From Nitrospirota bacterium (GTDB lineage Bacteria; JACPQY01): 64,000 bases of DNA. How positions within the stretch are numbered: position 1 is the first letter of the stretch; every line of letters starts with the position of its first letter. Location: assembly GCA_016180645.1 (NCBI GenBank), contig JACPAV010000017.1, forward strand, positions 1 through 64,000. Direction: 5' to 3'. Under the pieces are notes generated by a model. That model saw only the letters and a list, made by a program, of their open reading frames with translations, searched no databases and was not told the origin of the DNA. A program made the position numbers and the translations under genes. Positions 24,699 to 36,205 of the stretch are shown in pieces.

Positions 24699-27323
24699 AT
24701 GCGTTTTGAGAAACTGACGCTCAAGTCGCAGGAGGCCTTGGCTTCGGCGCGCGAGGTTGCCGAGAGGCACGACCACCAGGAGATCGACGTCGAGCACCTC
24801 CTCGACGCGCTCATCGCTCAGAAGGAAGGACTCGTTCTCCCCGTCCTCCGCCAACTCGAAATCGATCCCGACGCCATCCTGGGCGACCTCGAGGGGCATC
24901 TCCGAGGGCGGCCGAAAGTGAAAGGCGCCGGCGCGGAGACCTTCATTTCCCAGCGGATGGGGCAGGTTCTCAACGGCGCTCAGCGCGAGGCGGAAAGACT
25001 GAAAGATGAGTTCGTCTCCACCGAGCACCTCCTCATCGCCATCGCGGAGGATGCGGGATTCGCGGGCGACCTGCTGCGCCGCCGCCGGGCGAACAAGGAA
25101 GTCATCTACCAGGCCCTCACGAAGCTTCGGGGCTCCCAGCGAGTGACGGATGCGAGTCCCGAGGAGAAATATGCGCCTTTGGAGCGCTACGCGCGGGACC
25201 TGACCATGGCGGCGGGTCGTGGCAAACTCGATCCCGTCATCGGCCGGGACGAGGAAATTCGCCGGGTCATTCAGGTCTTGTCGCGGCGGACGAAGAACAA
25301 TCCCGTGCTGATCGGGGAGCCGGGGGTCGGCAAGACCGCCATCGTGGAGGGACTGGCGCAGCGGATCGTGTCAGGCGACGTACCTGAGAGTCTTCGCGAC
25401 AAGCGCATCCTCGCCCTTGACCTCGGGGCGTTGGTGGCCGGCGCGAAATACAGAGGCGAATTCGAGGATCGTCTGAAGGCGTTGCTGAAAGCGATCGAGG
25501 AGGCCTCGGGGAAGATCGTTCTCTTCATCGACGAGCTGCACACGCTGGTCGGCGCAGGGGCGGCCGAAGGGGCGATCGACGCTTCCAACATGCTGAAGCC
25601 CATGCTGGCCCGCGGGGAATTGCACTGCATCGGTGCCACGACACTCGATGAATATCGAAAGCATGTCGAGAAGGATGCGGCGCTTGAGCGACGGTTTCAG
25701 CCGGTTCACGTGGGCGAGCCGGGCGTGGACGATACGATAGGCATCCTTCGGGGGCTGAAGGAAAAGTATGAAATCCACCACGGCGTCAAGATCACGGACG
25801 CGGCGTTGGTGGCTGCGGCCCAACTCTCCCATCGATACATCGCCGACCGTTTTCTCCCCGACAAGGCGATCGACTTGATCGATGAAGCGGCCAGCCGACT
25901 CAAGATGGAAATCGACAGCATGCCCACGGAGATCGACGAACTTCAACGGAAGATCAATCAGTGGGAGGTCGAACGCCAGGCCCTCAAGAGGGACAAGGAT
26001 GCGGATGCGAAAGGGAAGCTCTCCCGGATCGAGAAGGAACTCCAAAAGGCTCAGAAGGAGGTGGGCCGTCTCAAGAAGCACTGGGAGGAGGAAAAAAGGT
26101 TCATCTCGGAGATCCGCGGGGCGAAGGAGAAGATGGAGTCCCTCAAAACCGATGCGCAGAAAGCGGAACGGGAAGGGGATTGGAATAAAGCCGCTGAAAT
26201 CCGGTACGGCCGGCTCACCGAACTTGCCAAGCAACTTGAAACCTCAACGCAGAAACTCACCGAGCTCCAAAAGAGCGGCCGCATGCTGAAGGAGGAGGTG
26301 GACCCGGAGGACGTTTCACAGGTTATTGCCAAATGGACGGGGATACCGGTGACCCGGCTGATGGAGACTGAGAAAGAGAAGTTGCTCCGCATGGAGGATC
26401 GACTCCGGGAGAGGGTGGTGGGGCAGGATGAGGCACTGGGTGCGGTGGCGGCCTCGATCCGGCGGGCGCGCGCCGGTTTGAAGGACCCGAATCGTCCCAT
26501 CGGTTCGTTCCTGTTTCTAGGACCGACGGGCGTGGGGAAAACAGAGACCGCCCGCGCACTGGCCGAATTCCTGTTCGACTCCGAGCAGGCCATGGTGCGG
26601 CTGGACATGTCCGAGTACATGGAGAAACACACCGTGGCAAGACTCATCGGCGCTCCGCCCGGCTACGTGGGCTACGAGGAGGGAGGCCAACTCACCGAGG
26701 CCGTTCGCCGCCGGCCCTACTCCGTGATCCTTCTGGATGAGATTGAGAAGGCGCATGCGGACGTGTTCAATGTCCTTCTTCAAGTGCTGGACGACGGGAG
26801 GTTGACCGACGGCCAGGGCCGCACGGTCGATTTCCGGAACGCCGTCGTCATCATGACCTCCAATATCGCCAGCCAGGAGATCGCTGATCTTCACGGTCGG
26901 GATCAGGAGTTGCGGAATGCCGTGCAGGTTGCCTTGAAAAACCATTTCCGTCCGGAGTTCCTCAACAGGGTGGATGACGTCGTCACCTATCACGGTCTTG
27001 AGCGAAAGGACCTTGAGCGGATCGTCGACATCCAGTTGAGGTCGTTGGGACGGGTGCTCCGACCGAAGGCGATAACAATTGAGTTGACACCCAGTGGGCG
27101 CGAACTTATCATGGCCCGAGGCTATGAACCCGCCTACGGAGCACGTCCTTTGAAGCGGGCCATTCAGAAGTGGCTCATGGATCCTTTGGCCGCCGGGCTC
27201 ATCTCCGGCGAAATCGAGGAGGGATCGGTGGTTCAGGTGGATGCCGATTCCCGACGGGAACGGCTTGTCTTCTCTGCGAAGAAGAAAGGTCGCGGGGGAT
27301 CTAAACCGGGGGTCGAGGAGTAA
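24699..27323 (+). CDS. clpB: Chaperone ClpB (Hsp100)
   Basis: Two NBDs ([15 protein letters not shown]; [15 protein letters not shown]) and a middle coiled-coil domain. 874 aa. Confidence 0.95.
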   Translation: MRFEKLTLKSQEALASAREVAERHDHQEIDVEHLLDALIAQKEGLVLPVLRQLEIDPDAILGDLEGHLRGRPKVKGAGAETFISQRMGQVLNGAQREAERLKDEFVSTEHLLIAIAEDAGFAGDLLRRRRANKEVIYQALTKLRGSQRVTDASPEEKYAPLERYARDLTMAAGRGKLDPVIGRDEEIRRVIQVLSRRTKNNPVLIGEPGVGKTAIVEGLAQRIVSGDVPESLRDKRILALDLGALVAGAKYRGEFEDRLKALLKAIEEASGKIVLFIDELHTLVGAGAAEGAIDASNMLKPMLARGELHCIGATTLDEYRKHVEKDAALERRFQPVHVGEPGVDDTIGILRGLKEKYEIHHGVKITDAALVAAAQLSHRYIADRFLPDKAIDLIDEAASRLKMEIDSMPTEIDELQRKINQWEVERQALKRDKDADAKGKLSRIEKELQKAQKEVGRLKKHWEEEKRFISEIRGAKEKMESLKTDAQKAEREGDWNKAAEIRYGRLTELAKQLETSTQKLTELQKSGRMLKEEVDPEDVSQVIAKWTGIPVTRLMETEKEKLLRMEDRLRERVVGQDEALGAVAASIRRARAGLKDPNRPIGSFLFLGPTGVGKTETARALAEFLFDSEQAMVRLDMSEYMEKHTVARLIGAPPGYVGYEEGGQLTEAVRRRPYSVILLDEIEKAHADVFNVLLQVLDDGRLTDGQGRTVDFRNAVVIMTSNIASQEIADLHGRDQELRNAVQVALKNHFRPEFLNRVDDVVTYHGLERKDLERIVDIQLRSLGRVLRPKAITIELTPSGRELIMARGYEPAYGARPLKRAIQKWLMDPLAAGLISGEIEEGSVVQVDADSRRERLVFSAKKKGRGGSKPGVEE

Positions 27324-27328
27324 TCACC

Positions 27329-28000
27329 ATGGTCAGCCCTGAAGCCCTCGGCCGGATTCCCATCTTCAACAACCTCACCCGCGAGCATCTGACCCTGCTC
27401 GCCCCGAGCATCAAGGAGCAGGAATTCAAGAAAGGCCGGATCATCGTTCACCAGGATGAAAAGGGATCGATCTTTTTCGTCATGGAGTCCGGCCTGGCGA
27501 AAGTCACGATGACCGGCAAGGAGGGGAAGGAGATCACGCTCTCGTACATCAAGCCGGGAGAATTCTTCGGCGAGATGGCCCTCTTGGACGGCCGGCCGCG
27601 GTCGGCCAGCGTAGTTGCCGTTGAAGACTCGGTGGTCATGGTTCTCACCCGGGACGAATTCCTGGGCTATGTCCGGCAGAATCCCGAAATCGGGATCAAG
27701 ATGCTCGAAGTGCTGAGCGAACGGATCCGGTATGCCGACCAGAAGATCGGCCTCCTGACGCTTGCGGACGTGCAGTCAAAATTGGTTCACTACTTCATTC
27801 ATTTGGCGAGCCGGTTGGGAGTCCCCACCGTGGATGGGATCCTGATCGAGAACCGCCCCACACATGAAGCGATGGCGGCTGAATTGGGAACGACTCGCGA
27901 GACCATCACCCGCGTGCTGGGGGATTTGAAGCGGAACGGCTACCTCAAGATCTCCCGCAAGACACTCCTCCTCTCCAACCGCCTCTTCATCAAGAAGTGA
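27329..28000 (+). CDS. Crp/Fnr-family transcriptional regulator
   Basis: cNMP-binding domain GEFFGEMALLDGRPRSASV plus C-terminal HTH TRETITRVLGDLKRNGYL. Confidence 0.85.
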   Translation: MVSPEALGRIPIFNNLTREHLTLLAPSIKEQEFKKGRIIVHQDEKGSIFFVMESGLAKVTMTGKEGKEITLSYIKPGEFFGEMALLDGRPRSASVVAVEDSVVMVLTRDEFLGYVRQNPEIGIKMLEVLSERIRYADQKIGLLTLADVQSKLVHYFIHLASRLGVPTVDGILIENRPTHEAMAAELGTTRETITRVLGDLKRNGYLKISRKTLLLSNRLFIKK

Positions 28001-28045
28001 TCCGCCGCAGGCGCCGTCATCCTGAGCTGGGCGAAGGATCTCAGA

Positions 28046-28585
28046 CTACCCCTGCGGACCGCCCTCCAAGAGTTTCTTCAGGTTTGCCAACCCTTCATCG
28101 AAATCCTTCGCGATCATTCTCGGCATGAGAAGCGCGAAATACTTTCCAATCGGATTCTTCCCCACGTCGCCTTCATCCCGCCAAGTCACGGTTGTTCCTT
28201 CTCCTCCGGGGGTGAGCGTGAAGGAGCCTTTCATCCGATATTTTCCCTCTGAAATATCGAGGTCATAAACGACCTTCTGGGGCGGAACGGATTCCGTGAG
28301 CGTCATCGTTCCTTTTCCCATTTTCGGACTGTCCCACCGGGTGGCGGCGCCGACACCCTCCTCGGGTCCCTCGTAGGACATCGTCATCTGCGGGTCTTTT
28401 CCTTCCCAGGGCGACCACGCCTTCCAATTCTTGAAACTGTTGAGGTGGACGAAAATCGCCTCCGGCGGTGCCTTGATGACCGAGCTCCGTTCGACGCTCC
28501 ACTGAGATGGAAGGAAGAAAGAGACGACGAAAAGGATGGCGACCAGCACGATGATACCCGTTGCGATTCGACGAACGGCATTCAT
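28046..28585 (-). CDS. SRPBCC-family protein with N-terminal membrane anchor
   Basis: N-terminal TM helix, then a polyketide-cyclase/AHSA1-like fold pattern. Confidence 0.5.
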   Translation of the reverse strand: MNAVRRIATGIIVLVAILFVVSFFLPSQWSVERSSVIKAPPEAIFVHLNSFKNWKAWSPWEGKDPQMTMSYEGPEEGVGAATRWDSPKMGKGTMTLTESVPPQKVVYDLDISEGKYRMKGSFTLTPGGEGTTVTWRDEGDVGKNPIGKYFALLMPRMIAKDFDEGLANLKKLLEGGPQG

Positions 28586-28602
28586 ATGGACCTCCCATAA
28601 GC

Positions 28603-29051
28603 TTATTCGAACGGCACTTTGGACCTTTTCCGCAGACCGTCAGTCCGCGATGGGGGCCAATTGCCCGTTTTGGACATTCTTGACACAGCGCGGGAGGGTG
28701 TCAACTGAGAATTCGGATAAATTCCCCAACCATTCCGAGATCCTGAAACAAGTTCAGCTGACCTTCTCCCTTTGTTTGGTCCGGTTCGGTGAGCCCATTC
28801 GTCCAGCGCCTGGCTGATGAACTCCGGACCGTTGTCGGAAACGATGAAACGGGGTAGAGGTCGGGAGTGGGCGATTTCATCGAGAACGCGGGCGACCCGG
28901 TGCCGCCGATCGAGAAATCGACCTCGATCCGGGGGCACTCCCGCGTGAAGTCATCGCCCCGCGTCAGCATCTTGACCCGCTTGTGCGTAGTGAGCACGTC
29001 GGCCACGAAGTCCATAGGCTGCCTCAGACGTTTGGCCTCCGACACCGTCAT
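28603..29051 (-). pseudogene. Degraded DDE transposase (integrase-core) remnants, frameshifted into two ORFs
   Basis: MDFVADVLTTHKRVKMLTRGDDFTRECPRIEVDFSI and RFIVSDNGPEFISQALDEWA are conserved rve-domain segments of IS3/IS481-type transposases, in two different frames. Lies on the 3' side of the tRNA. Confidence 0.65.
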
Positions 29052-29135
29052 CCCCTTATACTTCTTGCGCCAGGAATAAAAGGACCACCCCAGGTCGGAG
29101 TGATGAGCGAAACTCCTAACTCTCTGAAATCACCG

Positions 29136-29208
29136 TGCCAGGGGACGGAATCGAACCGCCGACGCACGCCTTTTCAGGGCGTCGCTCTACCATCTGAGCT
29201 ACCCCGGC
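29136..29208 (-). tRNA. tRNA-Phe (anticodon GAA)
   Basis: Minus strand GCCGGGG-TA-GCTCAGATGGTAGAGC-G-ACGCC-CTGAAAA-GGCGT-GCGTC-GGCGG-TTCGATT-CCGTC-CCCTGGC-A. 7 bp acceptor, D-arm, anticodon loop CUGAAAA, T-loop GGTTCGATTCC. Confidence 0.85.
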
Positions 29209-29821
29209 ACCGCAGTAATTCCCGCAACTTAGCCTATTTCTCTCGCTGTGGCCGACTCCGGCACGGAGTAATTGCGGAGTACTTCGCGCACCAGTTATAC
29301 CTGACCGGGGGGCCTTTTCAAGACCCTTCCGTCACGAATTATCAGTGGCATCAGCCCGGTGTGTATGACTCGAAGTGGCAAATCGATTTGACTTCCCCGT
29401 CGCACCAAGCGGTCATTGGCGGCATGAAGCGCGAGGTCGAGAACTCAGAAGCGAAACTGCCGGAGCGGGTTCGATTCGTAGCTTTCACCGACCCCCACGT
29501 TTCGGTGGAGTCTGCCCCGAAGATCGTGGTGCCGGCTCGGGAGCGCAAGGACGAATCCCTCGTCTGCGCCGGCGACTTCAGCCAAGAACTCAACAACTGG
29601 GATCCCCGCGCCAGGGTACAGGGCAAATTCCGCGACTCAATCTCCACCCAGGGACCCCGGCGAGTCATCCACCATTGCCGAGTGCGATCAGGTGGGGGTG
29701 CTCAGCCGCGGGGAACTCGTAAAGAACATGACGGGCGAGGAGTTCCGTCGCCAACTCCCGGATGGCCGGGAAAATCGGCTTTCCATGCCGACCCCGGGCG
29801 CGTAGAATACGCGTCCTCCCC

Positions 29822-31159
29822 ATGAACATCATCGTTGCCGGACTGGGCGAGGTGGGATTCCACCTCGTGAGGCGGTTGTACAAGCAGGGGCACAATATCA
29901 GCGCGGTGGACGCCGATGAGGAAAAGACCCGCCGCGTAACCGCCGAGATGGACGTTAAGATCGTCCGCGGCCATGCCGCGAGCGCAAAGACGCTCCAACA
30001 GGCGGGATGCGCCCAGGCGGATCTTCTCCTCGCGGTCACGGACCACGATGAAGTCAACCTGGTCACCTGCTTCCATGGGAAGCATCTGGGTGCGAAAAAG
30101 AGCGTGGCGAGGGTCAAACGCATGGACCGCCTTCTCTCACGCCGAAATACCTATCGGGAAGAAATGGGCATCGATCTCTTGGTCAGCCCGTCGGGACTGA
30201 CGGTGACCGAAATTCTCAAAATCATCCGCGACCCGGCGGCGGTCGCCGTGGAAAATTTCGCCGAGGGAAAGATCACGGTCCGTCGTTTCAAACTTCCGGA
30301 GGATTCGGCGTGGGCCTCCCGGAGGCTGCAGGACATTCAGGAGTTCCGGGACACCATCGTGGCCCTGGTGACCCGGAGCGGGAAGAGTTTCGTCCCGACC
30401 GGAACGGATACGTTGAAGGCCGCGGACTACGCCTGCATCGTATCCACCCCGGCCCGGATGCAGGAGCTTGAGAAAGAAGTGGGCTTCAAGAATGGCGGCC
30501 CGAACCGGGTGATGATCGTCGGGGGGGGGACGATCGGGGTGGGACTGGCCATGGGGCTGGAGGCCCTCGATGCGCGCGTCAAACTGATCGACAACCAGAA
30601 ATCCCAGTGCGAAAAAGTTCTGGAGCGGGTCAAGCGCACGGAGGTGATTCACGGGGACGGCCTGGACCTCAGTCTGCTGAAAGAGGAAAACGTCGGATCC
30701 ATGAATGTATTCGTGGCCTCTACGTCCAAGGATGAGACGAACCTCATGGCGTCCCTTCTCGCGAAACAATATGGCGTGCCCCGGGTGGTGGCCATCCTCC
30801 AATCGGTGGACAATGCTGTCATGGGTGAGAAACTGGGAATCGATTGTGCCTTCACACCCGCCGTTCTGGCGGCCGACCGCCTGTATCAATACATCATGCG
30901 CGCCCAGGTCCATGGGGTGACGTCCATCGCGGAAGGGGAGGCGGAAGTCCTCGAAATGCAGGTTCCGCCCCGATCCCCGGCCACGCATCATCCGCTCTCG
31001 AAGGTGAATTTCCCGAAGGGAAGTCTCGTGGGGGCGGTCATCCGTCACGGCGACGTAATCCTGCCCGGCGGGAGCACCCAGCTTGCCGAGGGAGATACGG
31101 TCATTCTTTTTGCCCTCACCGATGTCGCCGAGAAGGCCGAAAAGCTGATCCACGGGTAG
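29822..31159 (+). CDS. trkA: Trk potassium uptake protein TrkA (two NAD-binding + two TrkA-C domains)
   Basis: MNIIVAGLGEVG and MIVGGGTIGVG Rossmann motifs. Confidence 0.9.
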   Translation: MNIIVAGLGEVGFHLVRRLYKQGHNISAVDADEEKTRRVTAEMDVKIVRGHAASAKTLQQAGCAQADLLLAVTDHDEVNLVTCFHGKHLGAKKSVARVKRMDRLLSRRNTYREEMGIDLLVSPSGLTVTEILKIIRDPAAVAVENFAEGKITVRRFKLPEDSAWASRRLQDIQEFRDTIVALVTRSGKSFVPTGTDTLKAADYACIVSTPARMQELEKEVGFKNGGPNRVMIVGGGTIGVGLAMGLEALDARVKLIDNQKSQCEKVLERVKRTEVIHGDGLDLSLLKEENVGSMNVFVASTSKDETNLMASLLAKQYGVPRVVAILQSVDNAVMGEKLGIDCAFTPAVLAADRLYQYIMRAQVHGVTSIAEGEAEVLEMQVPPRSPATHHPLSKVNFPKGSLVGAVIRHGDVILPGGSTQLAEGDTVILFALTDVAEKAEKLIHG

Positions 31160-31182
31160 CCCCCGCTCTGTAGCTTGACCCC

Positions 31183-32637
31183 ATGAATATTTGGGCGGTA
31201 AGCCACCATATCGGAATTCTCCTGGTGGGATTCTGTGTGTTGCCGGCCGCAGGGTTCATTTTCGCGCTTGCGAAAGGTGAGCCGACGGTCGCCCGCGCGT
31301 TCGCGCTGACCGGCGCGCTCTCGGCGGGGATCGGCGGGCTTTTGTATCTGCTCTCGCGCCGCCCGGCGGGAAATGAGCCTCTTCGCCGGCGGGAGGCGCT
31401 CGCCCTGGTGCCGCTGGCATGGCTGGCAGGCTCCCTCCTCGCCGCGGTGCCTTTCGTGGCCTCCGGGCACACGGGATGGGTGGATGCAATCTTCGAAACG
31501 GTGAGCGGATTCACCACCACCGGGGCGAGCATTTTCCGCGATGTGGAAATCCTGCCCTCCGGCATCCTTCTCTGGCGGGCGTTGCTCCAATGGGTCGGGG
31601 GCATCGGGATCGTCGTCTTGTTCGTCGCGGTTTTTCCCGGCCTGGGTGTCGGCGGGAAGCATATGTTTCTTGCGGAGGCTCCCGGACCCGAGCAGGAAGG
31701 GTTCCTTCCGCGCATTCGTTCAACGGCGATACGTGTGGGGTGGGTCTACCTGGCCATCAGCGTACTCGGGGTGTTCGGCCTCTGGATGGCCGGAATGGGC
31801 GTGTTCGATGCGATCTGTCACATGATGGCCACACTCTCGACCGGCGGATACTCGACGCGGAACGCCAGTATCGGCGGGTTCCCAGGACCGTGGATTCCCT
31901 GGGTCACCATCCTGATCATGGCAGCCGGGGGAACCAACCTGGGTCTCTTCTATCGTATGGCCACTGGCGCCAAGCGGGTCTTCGCCGGCAATTCTGAGTT
32001 CAAATGGTACTTGGGAATCCTTATCACGGCCTCTCTTCTTCTCGCGGGCGACAACTGGCTCAAGGGGCACAACGACGGATTTGGGAGCGCACTGACGGAC
32101 GGAGTCTTCACCGCCGTGTCCATCCAGACCACATCCGGATTCGCCACAAGCGACTTCCACCTCTGGTCCTCCTTCGGGAAGTGCATTCTCCTGGTGCTCA
32201 TGTTCATCGGGGCCTGCTCCGGTTCGACGGGCGGCGGGTTCAAGGTGCTGCGCTTGGCCGTGGTGGTCAAGGCCGCATTTCATGAAACCCTCCGCTCCCT
32301 GAATCCCAACAAGGTGACTCTCGTCAAGATTGATGACCACGGCATCAGCCCCGAAATCCGTGAGGCCGTCCTTGGGGTGCTTGTTTTCTACCTTGGCACA
32401 GTCGCGCTGTCGATGCTCCTGGTCTCGGCGGCCGGCCTCGACCTGGAATCTGCCATCAGCGGCACGTTCGCCACGGTCGGAAATGTGGGCCCGGGTTTCG
32501 CCGTGATCGGACCTGCGTCAAACTATGCCGACGTGCCGGTGGCGGCCAAGCTGGTCTTTATTGTGGACATGCTGCTGGGTCGATTGGAATTCTATCCCCT
32601 GCTGGTTCTTTTCCACCCGGCGCTCTGGAGGAAATGA
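31183..32637 (+). CDS. trkH: Trk potassium transporter TrkH
   Basis: Multi-TM protein with TrkH/KtrB selectivity-loop-like GFTTTGAS and GFATSDF motifs. Confidence 0.9.
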   Translation: MNIWAVSHHIGILLVGFCVLPAAGFIFALAKGEPTVARAFALTGALSAGIGGLLYLLSRRPAGNEPLRRREALALVPLAWLAGSLLAAVPFVASGHTGWVDAIFETVSGFTTTGASIFRDVEILPSGILLWRALLQWVGGIGIVVLFVAVFPGLGVGGKHMFLAEAPGPEQEGFLPRIRSTAIRVGWVYLAISVLGVFGLWMAGMGVFDAICHMMATLSTGGYSTRNASIGGFPGPWIPWVTILIMAAGGTNLGLFYRMATGAKRVFAGNSEFKWYLGILITASLLLAGDNWLKGHNDGFGSALTDGVFTAVSIQTTSGFATSDFHLWSSFGKCILLVLMFIGACSGSTGGGFKVLRLAVVVKAAFHETLRSLNPNKVTLVKIDDHGISPEIREAVLGVLVFYLGTVALSMLLVSAAGLDLESAISGTFATVGNVGPGFAVIGPASNYADVPVAAKLVFIVDMLLGRLEFYPLLVLFHPALWRK

Positions 32638-32726
32638 CCTGCCGGCGGCAGGCGAGTCATTCTGAGCGCAGCGAAGGATCGCGTATCATTTGGTCAACGG
32701 AGTGCGACGGGAGTAGAATCGCCCGC

Positions 32727-33014
32727 ATGTCGGATTCAGGCTGCTACCAATGCGGAGAAGCGCTCGACCCGGATCGCACGGGCCGGCTTGAGACATGCGG
32801 CAAATGCCACGCCCACGTCCGGGTCTGCTACAACTGCCGATTCTACGGCCGTGCGGCGGCGAACGAATGCGCGGAACCGGCGGCCGAGCCGGTACACCGG
32901 AAGGACAAGCCCAACAACTGTGATTTCTTCAGGCTCAGCGGGGGGAAAGCGTCTTCCGGAATATCCGAGGCCGCGGCCCGGGAACAGTTGAAGAACCTCT
33001 TTAAGAACTTCTGA
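32727..33014 (+). CDS. Small cysteine-rich zinc-ribbon protein (hypothetical)
   Basis: CYQCGE ... CGKCH ... CYNCRF ... C pairs. ~95 aa from the internal Met. Confidence 0.4.
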   Translation: MSDSGCYQCGEALDPDRTGRLETCGKCHAHVRVCYNCRFYGRAAANECAEPAAEPVHRKDKPNNCDFFRLSGGKASSGISEAAAREQLKNLFKNF

Positions 33015-33024
33015 TCCCTGAACC

Positions 33025-35862
33025 ATGGCGACGAAAGTAGACTACAAGTCCACGCTCAACCTCCCGAAAACGGAATTCCCGATGAAGGCGAATCTCCGCG
33101 AGCGGGAGCCCGTGATGCTCAAGGAGTGGGACGGCAACCGGATCTATGAAAAGGCCGTCGCGGCGGGGGAGGGGAAGCCGCGTTTTGTCCTTCACGACGG
33201 GCCGCCCTACGCCAACGGCCACATCCACATGGGTCACGCCCTCAACAAAATCCTGAAGGACATCGTGGTGAAGAGCAAGCTCCTGTCGGGTTTTCAGGCC
33301 CCCTACGTGCCCGGTTGGGACTGCCACGGACTACCTATCGAGCTTCAGGTTGAGCAGGAACTCGGTGAAGCCGCCAAGAAGAACCGGTCGGAGTTTGTAC
33401 GTCAATGCAGGGAATACGCCCGGAAGTTCATCGAGATCCAGAAGGATGAATTCCGAAGATTGGGGGTATTCGGCGCATGGGAACGGCTCTACCAAACGAT
33501 GGACCCTAAGTACGAAGCGCAGATCATCCGGGAATTCGCCGTCCTCGTGGAAAAGGGTTTCGTATCGCAACATTTGAAACCGGTCTATTGGTGCATTTCA
33601 TGCCGGACGGCTCTAGCCGATGCCGAGGTGGAATACGCGGACAAGACATCTTCGTCCATCTTCGTGAAGTTTCCCATGGTTTCTTCTCCTGAACCTGAAA
33701 GGCTGGGTCTGAGTGGGGGTGCCTATGCCATTGTGTGGACGACGACCCCATGGACGCTTCCGGCCAACGTGGCGTTGTGCTTCCATCCTGACAAGGACTA
33801 CTCCAGCGTCGCTGTGGGTGGAGAGGCATGGATCATCGCGACGGACCGTACTGCTTCATTGCAAACCACGCTGGGGGTCAAGGATTGGGATGCCGTTGCT
33901 GGAACCATTGAGAAGTTCCGAGGGAGTGAGTTGATGGGTACTTCATTCCGGACTCCCTTGCGGGATGAGAATGTGCCGATTGTGTTTGACGATTCAGTGA
34001 GCATGGAGGAGGGGACGGGCATAGTTCATATTGCACCGGGTCACGGAGAGGAGGACTACCGAATCGGCCGGAAACCGGAAAATCGGCTGCCGATCCTGTC
34101 TCCCGTCAACGAAGCCGGAATATTTACTGCTGACGCCGGTGAATTCGCCGGGAAGCAGGTCTTCAAGGCGAATGGTGACATCGTGGAGCGATTGAAATCA
34201 AAAGGCCTCCTGGTCCATGGCGGAAGCATCACGCATTCCTATCCGCACTGCTGGCGATGCCACCAGCCCGTGATCTTCCGGGCCAGCAAGCAGTGGTTCA
34301 TGAGTCTTGAGCAGGACGGTCTCAGGGAGAAAGCCGGTTCGTGGATTCATGGAAAAGTGAAATGGATTCCTTCCTGGGGGGAGGATCGAATCGGAAACAT
34401 GGTCAAGACGCGGCCGGACTGGTGTCTTTCGCGGCAACGCCTTTGGGGTGTGCCCATCGTGGCCTTGGTCTGCCCTGAGTGTCCGGGCTACTACCTCGAT
34501 GCCGATTTCGCTCGAAAAGTGGCGAGCGAGGTCGAGCAACATGGACTGGAAATTTGGTTTGATCGCCCCGTAGAGCACTGGTTCGGCGGGCCGAAGGTAT
34601 GCGAGGTATGCCGGAAGGGTCACCTCCGCAAGGTGGACGACATTCTGGACGTGTGGGTCGATTCCGGCCTCAGCTACGCGGCGGTGCTCGAAAAGCGCAA
34701 GGAATTGGCGTTTCCGGCCGATCTCTACCTCGAAGGGAGCGATCAACATCGCGGGTGGTTCCACAGCGCACTTCTCCTATCGCTCGCCACGCGCGGGAAG
34801 GAGCCTTACAAGAGCGTGCTCACCCACGGATTCGTGGTGGACGGCGAAGGGAAGAAAATGAGCAAGTCGGCGGGCAATGTGATGGCGCCGCAGAAAATCA
34901 TCGACCGATACGGAGCGGAGATCATCCGGCTGTGGGTGGCCTCGGAGGACTACTCGGAAGATATCCGTTTGTCTGAGGAAATCCTGAGCCGACTCGCGGA
35001 CGCGTATCGACGCATCCGGAACACCTGCCGGTTCATGCTGGGCAATCTGTACGATTTCTCGCCGGATGGGCCGGGAGTGAAAGAGAGCGACCTGACGGAG
35101 CTGGATCGCTGGGCGCTCCATCGGACGGCGGAATTGTCGGCGCAGCTCCGGGAAGCCTACGCATCCTACTCGTTCCATACCGTCTACCACGCCCTCCACA
35201 ACTTCTGCGTTGTGGATTTGTCGGCGATCTACCTCGATGTGCTCAAGGATCGCCTTTATTCCGACGCCCCGACGGGACGCGTCCGGCGATCCGCACAACG
35301 GGCGCTCTTCGAAATCGTGCGGTCGCTTTCCCGGCAGATGGCGCCCGTGCTCTCATTCCTCGCGGATGAAGTATGGCGGCACCTCCCGGCGTGGAGCGGC
35401 AAGCCGGAAAGCGTTTTTCTCTCGGGGGCCGACGATCCTGTTGTGGCCTACCGCGACGATTCACTGGGGCGACGCTGGGAGAACCTGATCGCTCTGCGAA
35501 AGGAGGTCATGAAGGCCTTGGAGGCGAAACGGGCCGCCAAGGTGATCGGGAGCGCCCAGGAAGCGCAGCTTCGTTTGTGCCTCCCCGGTCAACCGGCGCT
35601 CGATCCCTCACACGCCTCGGAATCGTTTCTCGCTTCCCTTTTCATCGTGAGCGGGGTTACATTGGAGACCGAAATGGGGCCGGGGCCGGACGTGTTTGAG
35701 GGAACCGAGTCCTTCAAGGGCGTCAAGGTGCGGGTGGATCGCGCGACGGGGCAGAAATGCGTTCGTTGCTGGCGGTGGACCGAAGATGTCCGTGCCTCAT
35801 CCGGCCTGTGCGGTCGATGTGAAATAGTTCTCCAGGAGCGAGGAGGTTCCATTGGGAATTGA
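33025..35862 (+). CDS. ileS: Isoleucine--tRNA ligase
   Basis: HIGH-type [19 protein letters not shown]-terminal zinc finger CVRCWRW...CGRCE. Confidence 0.95.
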   Translation: MATKVDYKSTLNLPKTEFPMKANLREREPVMLKEWDGNRIYEKAVAAGEGKPRFVLHDGPPYANGHIHMGHALNKILKDIVVKSKLLSGFQAPYVPGWDCHGLPIELQVEQELGEAAKKNRSEFVRQCREYARKFIEIQKDEFRRLGVFGAWERLYQTMDPKYEAQIIREFAVLVEKGFVSQHLKPVYWCISCRTALADAEVEYADKTSSSIFVKFPMVSSPEPERLGLSGGAYAIVWTTTPWTLPANVALCFHPDKDYSSVAVGGEAWIIATDRTASLQTTLGVKDWDAVAGTIEKFRGSELMGTSFRTPLRDENVPIVFDDSVSMEEGTGIVHIAPGHGEEDYRIGRKPENRLPILSPVNEAGIFTADAGEFAGKQVFKANGDIVERLKSKGLLVHGGSITHSYPHCWRCHQPVIFRASKQWFMSLEQDGLREKAGSWIHGKVKWIPSWGEDRIGNMVKTRPDWCLSRQRLWGVPIVALVCPECPGYYLDADFARKVASEVEQHGLEIWFDRPVEHWFGGPKVCEVCRKGHLRKVDDILDVWVDSGLSYAAVLEKRKELAFPADLYLEGSDQHRGWFHSALLLSLATRGKEPYKSVLTHGFVVDGEGKKMSKSAGNVMAPQKIIDRYGAEIIRLWVASEDYSEDIRLSEEILSRLADAYRRIRNTCRFMLGNLYDFSPDGPGVKESDLTELDRWALHRTAELSAQLREAYASYSFHTVYHALHNFCVVDLSAIYLDVLKDRLYSDAPTGRVRRSAQRALFEIVRSLSRQMAPVLSFLADEVWRHLPAWSGKPESVFLSGADDPVVAYRDDSLGRRWENLIALRKEVMKALEAKRAAKVIGSAQEAQLRLCLPGQPALDPSHASESFLASLFIVSGVTLETEMGPGPDVFEGTESFKGVKVRVDRATGQKCVRCWRWTEDVRASSGLCGRCEIVLQERGGSIGN

Positions 35863-36199
35863 AAAACGCAGACATCCGCGGGTGGACGTGGATTGGCCCG
35901 TCACCTACAGCGTTGAGGCGCAATTCGTCGAGAAGATCACCAACATCAGCGCGGGCGGGGCCTACATCCAGTCCCATCGGCCGTTGTGGGCCGATACGGT
36001 GATCCACATGGCGTTCACGCTTCCGGGGCAGTCCACGCCCATCCCGGTGAAAGCCAAGGTGATGTGGGTGGTGGAGACTTCCATCGATGACAACGGGGAC
36101 ATCGTGCCCGGCGGCATCGGCGTGCAGTTCCTTGAAGTCCTCGAAAAAGACCGGAAGGCGATCGAGGACTTCGTGGAAAAGTCGGACAACAAGAGCTAG
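35852..36199 (+). CDS. PilZ-domain protein
   Basis: RRHPRVDV ... NISAGGAYI c-di-GMP-binding PilZ motifs. Overlaps the ileS stop by 11 nt. Confidence 0.7.
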   Translation: MGIEKRRHPRVDVDWPVTYSVEAQFVEKITNISAGGAYIQSHRPLWADTVIHMAFTLPGQSTPIPVKAKVMWVVETSIDDNGDIVPGGIGVQFLEVLEKDRKAIEDFVEKSDNKS

Positions 36200-36205
36200 T
36201 CGAGC

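Noticed and set aside
22396-24814. 335 aa and 593 aa minus-strand ORFs antisense to the DUF1844, htrA and clpB 5' regions
   Set aside because: They overlap genes with unambiguous catalytic motifs on the plus strand. No domain signatures.
29440-29500. GGTTCGATTC T-loop-like motif suggesting a second tRNA
   Set aside because: The flanking sequence cannot form a T-stem or acceptor stem, so no cloverleaf is possible.
28983-29825. 280 aa plus-strand ORF spanning the tRNA-Phe region and the trkA upstream region
   Set aside because: It runs through a tRNA gene on the opposite strand and through intergenic DNA. No similarity features. It is treated as non-coding, although the region is noted as a possible integration scar.
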